Positions 60,445 to 64,000 of a stretch of DNA of 64,000 nucleotides are shown here, in pieces (the stretch's first letter is position 1; each line of letters starts with the position of its first letter). The position numbers and the translations under genes were made by a program. The notes under the pieces are model-generated. The model was not told the DNA's origin, ran no database searches, and saw only the letters and a list, made by a program, of their open reading frames with translations. Location: NCBI RefSeq assembly GCF_000143415.4, contig NW_003314265.1, positions 2,559,181 to 2,623,180 on the forward strand, written 5' to 3'. The stretch is from Selaginella moellendorffii (taxonomy: Eukaryota > Plantae > Lycopodiophyta).

Positions 60445-61194
60445 ATGGAGCTATCGTCATCCTCAGCAGTGGCCACAGCGGCGGCGCACCGCGCGGGCAT
60501 CGCCAATTCCTCTCGCGTCCGAGCAGTGGCGCTGTCTAGCACCTCGCGGATCTCCTGGAACGCGCTGGCCGCCAGGGCCCCGGAGCTAAGATCCAGCAGC
60601 AATCGAGCCGGCAGCCGCGCGGTGGTGGTGATGGGCGTGGAGGAATCCTACGCGTCGGCGCTGGCGAACCTAGCCCAGTCCAAGAATGTGCTCGACACCA
60701 TCTATGGCGACACCGAGAAGCTGGGCAAGTACTTTGACAACCCCAAGGTGGCCAAGTTCCTGGCCAACCCGGTGGCGGACGTGGAGCGCAAGAAATCGGT
60801 GATCAAGGCCATCGCCAAGGAGGAGAAGCTCCACGCCTACACCACCAATCTCCTGTTCGTGCTGGTGGACAAGCGCCGGGTGGGCATCGCCAAAAAGATC
60901 TTCCAGGCGTTCGAGACGAGCTACTACAGGCTGACCGACACCGAGATCGCGGTGGTCACGTCCGCGGTGAAGATCGACAACTCGCAACTCGCGGAGATCG
61001 CCAAGAAGATCCGGAGCCTCTCCAAGGCCAAGAACGTCAAGATCAAGAACGAGGTGGATCCATCCGTGATCGCGGGGTTCAAGGTCAAGTATGGCCCCGG
61101 CGCATCGCTCGTCATCGATCTCACTGTCAAGGGCCAGCTCGATCGAATCGCCGCCGACTTGGCTTCCATGGATAGCAAAGTGGCCGTCTCTTAA
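60445..61194 (+). CDS. ATPD: Chloroplast ATP synthase delta subunit
   Basis: Transit peptide, YASALANLA, FLANPV, AVVTSAVKI, VDPSVIAGF, IDLTVKGQL; intronless. Confidence 0.93.
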   Translation: MELSSSSAVATAAAHRAGIANSSRVRAVALSSTSRISWNALAARAPELRSSSNRAGSRAVVVMGVEESYASALANLAQSKNVLDTIYGDTEKLGKYFDNPKVAKFLANPVADVERKKSVIKAIAKEEKLHAYTTNLLFVLVDKRRVGIAKKIFQAFETSYYRLTDTEIAVVTSAVKIDNSQLAEIAKKIRSLSKAKNVKIKNEVDPSVIAGFKVKYGPGASLVIDLTVKGQLDRIAADLASMDSKVAVS

Positions 61195-61221
61195 GAACAA
61201 ACTTTTTGCATTTCATTGCCA

Positions 61222-61428
61222 GTTGACCGTAGAAAAATATTAGAAAGCTGACCGTTGTCTAGGACTAGGGCTGACCCGACAGGGTTTTTTAAAAGGGTGT
61301 TTCGCCATGGCATTTGTCGTGGCTGACCGTAGAAAATACGGGTCTAGACTAGAGCTGACCCTTTAAAAAAGTGCTTAGAGCTGACCGTTGACTAGAACTG
61401 ACTGTTTAAAAACTATGACTAGGGCTGA
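61222..61428 (+). repeat. Cluster of short degenerate repeats (ctagRgctgacc / tgaccgt)
   Basis: About 8 related units in the ATPD-THUMP spacer. Confidence 0.55.
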
Positions 61429-61449
61429 ATAAACGCCCTAGAACGAGCT

Positions 61450-62643
61450 ATGGCGGAGGACAAGAGGCGCCGTTCGAAGTACATGGCATACGTGAGTTTG
61501 CGTGGATAGATTTCTCCTTCCCCGATGGAAATTTCGCGTGATTTTAGGGATCCAAGCGCAAGCGCGGCGGCGCTTCTATCCCCATTGGGCGCCAGGGCTT
61601 CCTCATCACCTGCGATGGAGGGAGGGAGCGCCAGTGTTCCCGGGAATGCATCAATCTGCTTGAGCGGGTAGGCCATGGTTTTGGGACGAAATTCTCTCCT
61701 TGATCGATCGATCGCAGTATTTCGAGGATCTTGGTGGTGTCATCAGCGTCGCGGAAGACGAAAATGCCGAGGGCGAGCAAGCTGCCGCGAAGTCTAGCGA
61801 TGCGTCTGAGAAGAACTTTGACGAGCTTTTGAAGGAGGAGATCGTCGAGCTCCGAGACAAGAAGAATGTAAGCGATCCTTTTTTTTTTGTTCTTCTTTCC
61901 TCCGAGGATGACTGGAAGATACAGGCGCGGTTTGTAAGTTCTGAGACGGGGTGTAATGGCGTGGTTTTCATCGAGATGGTGAAAGCGTCGATCGGCCCCG
62001 TGGAACTTGCCGAGTCAATCGTTCGCATGGTAGCCAGCACTAAGAAATCCAGGACAAGGTTCCTCCTCTCCTGCGCTATGCTAGCTTCATTTTAATGCTG
62101 CTCGTCGACAGGTTTTGCATGAAGCTGCTACCGATGGAAGTGACATGCTACGCATCCGCCGAGGAAGTGAAGATCGCTGCCCAGCCGCTGATTCTCAAGC
62201 ACTTCCCAGCAGAAGCTGCCGAAGGGACCAAGGTAAAAGTGGCTTTTTCTTTTGGCTTGCATCTGAGCTTTGGAGCCGTTCTAGTTTGCAGTGGTTTACG
62301 AAGCCCGGGCAAACACAGGGCTTGACAGGATGACTTTGATCGACGCCGTGGCTCAGCTCGTCCCAAAGCCTCACTCGGTGGACCTCAAAGCGCCGCAAAA
62401 GACGATCATCGTCCAAGTCGCGAAGGTAATTCAACCGGTTCTTTGCAGCGGCTAAGGTTGATAAGAAACTGCTTTTGCCAGACGACTTGCGGCATTGGAG
62501 TCCTGAGTGGATACAAAGAGCTCGCGAAATACAATTTGAGGCAGCTGGTTTTACCACCCGAGGACGAGGAGCAGAAACAAACGAAAGAGGAAGAGGAAGA
62601 AGAGCCCGAGGTGTTCGAGGAGGAGGCTGAGGAGAAACAGTGA
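61450..62643 (+). CDS. THUMP domain-containing protein (TAN1/THUMPD1-like)
   Basis: GFLITCDGGRE, ETGCNGVVFI, TRFCMKLLP, FAVVYEARANT, VDLKAPQKTIIVQV, YKELAKYNLRQL. Confidence 0.9.
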
Positions 62644-62899
62644 GCAAAAGGTAAGAGATTCAGTGACCTCAACTTTATCATCAAACAGTGTCTCACTCAA
62701 GGGAGGAAATCGTTTTGTTGTGTTCTGTTACACAAGCCAGCAACAAAAAGGTCCTGCGAGCTTTCTTATTCAAGCTCAAGAAAATAGAAGAAGCGAAGGA
62801 AATGTCCTCAACCATCAAGTTTGTCACCACGATCTCTCGTTCGTTGATCATCATCATCCACCACCAAAACCCGGCACCAGCGGTAACCAAGAGCTCTCC

Positions 62900-63810
62900 T
62901 CAAGCCGTGACGCCCAGCGCGAAAGCCAGCGATCCGAAAACGTCCACTCCAATCTGTGCCTGAGCCTTGTCAAGGTCCGTGGTGGCGGAGCTCAGCTTTT
63001 GGTTGTAATCCGCGAGGTTCTTCCTTACTTCGTCGGGATCAAACCGGTCGAGCGGCGCAGCCTCGACGACGACGATATCGGTGACCGAGTTCGCGTGGAC
63101 AAAGGCAAAGCCGCTGCTGAGGAAGTACTGCGTCTTTACCTGGCCGCCATCGTGGACGGACAGAACGCCCGGCTTGAGCTCGGCTATGGTGGGGACGTGA
63201 CCGGGCAGCACACCCATGAGACCGCTCGTCGCTGGCAGGATCACCATATCCACCTGAGAAAACCAAGTCAAAGATTTGAAAACTTGGATAAAAGCTCTCA
63301 CTACACCAAGAAAAGTTAGCACCGAGCTCGAAAGAGAAAGCTAGCGAAAGCATCCAAGCAAAGCATCCAGGAACTGGACGAGCTTACAACTACAAACGAA
63401 AGCAAAAGTAAGGAGAAAAGCTTAAAATCTGGAAGAAGCCATGGAATGGAGCTCAAGCAAGATACTCGCATGCGAAGGAAGCAGCACAAAAAGAGAGGAA
63501 AAAATTCTTTTTGTACCTTCTCGGCGTTCATGGCTACCTCGGAAGGCAAGACGAAGTTCACGGTGAGCTTTTCGGGGATGGCTGGGGGCACAGGGGGCCG
63601 CGACGCCATAGATTCGTGGGGCGTCTTGGGGAAGTCGAGGTTGGGAGCCACCTTAGACCACATTTCTTTGAATGCCTCCACTGCCTTGTTGGTGGGCGTG
63701 TCTTTTTTCGCCTCCTCGGCGTAGCATCGCCGCCGGATGCCGCCGCTGCTGGTGGCGCAGCGCCACAGCGGCGCCGCTGATCGCAGCAGCGACTGCCTGC
63801 CAGACAACAT
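62900..63810 (-). CDS. Mitochondrial F1 ATP synthase delta' subunit
   Basis: Presequence, [64 protein letters not shown]; two exons. Confidence 0.95.
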
Positions 63811-63965
63811 ACCTTGTTTCGCCTGCGCACCACGCCACGGAATCGATCTATCGAATTGGTGGATCTCTCTCTCACTGGAGGGTGTATAAGCCCTAAAAAG
63901 AACCCTGCTTTGCGATTTGAGAGTTATCAGTATGAGTAGAGGGCTTTTCTTGTTTTCACAACGTG

Positions 63966-64000
63966 GTCAGGATGGCCGAGTTGGTCTAAGGCGCTAGTTT
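63966..64000 (+). tRNA. tRNA-Leu, 5' half (truncated before the anticodon)
   Basis: GTCAGGATGGCCGAGTTGGTCTAAGGCGCTAGTTT matches a plant tRNA-Leu acceptor stem, D-arm and A-box. Confidence 0.85.

Noticed and set aside
35418-61194. Light/clock gene cluster (LHY, EID1-like, CRY, NYC1, ATPD)
   Set aside because: The genes are interspersed with unrelated ones, and sequence alone gives no evidence of co-regulation.
60445-63810. Plastid and mitochondrial ATP synthase delta genes as a duplicate pair or cluster
   Set aside because: They share a name but are non-homologous subunits (OSCP-type versus bacterial epsilon-type); adjacency is likely coincidental.

Overview
Eukaryotic plant nuclear DNA. Very short (~50 bp) GT-AG introns, a PLS-DYW PPR gene, TTTAGGG repeats and very tight gene packing suggest a lycophyte such as Selaginella (inference). 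There are three zones. (1) 1-14.8 kb: a transposon-like locus. It has a truncated minus-strand ORF with two Tnp1/En/Spm-like modules, and a divergent, apparently intact 11-exon gene (~1,637 aa by manual splicing) combining a ParB-like domain, a degenerate N4/N6 DNA-methyltransferase-like domain, an acidic tract, Pro-rich repeats and an FCP1/NIF-type HAD domain. About 20 copies of a 22-bp 8-6-8 palindrome (ATGGCRTG-N6-CAYGCCAT) are scattered through its flanks, introns and one exon. A 3.9-kb inverted, pseudogenised duplicate of the 5' half follows, and a short telomeric tract sits at the left duplication boundary. (2) 15.3-29 kb: decayed, nested Ty3/gypsy LTR retrotransposons, including a solo LTR with a TSD. 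(3) 30-64 kb: gene-dense host region with an OSB-PDF/PPR-DYW fusion, formiminotransferase, CCA1/LHY, a TPR protein, pectin methylesterase, EID1-like F-box, two Gly-rich RRM paralogs, HDC1, an Hv1 proton channel, cryptochrome, SEC14, NYC1, plastid ATPD, THUMP, mitochondrial ATP synthase delta and a partial tRNA-Leu. The best candidate for a new system is the ParB-like/MTase-like/HAD protein together with its dispersed palindromic sites. All domain calls are by-eye motif recognition, not database searches.
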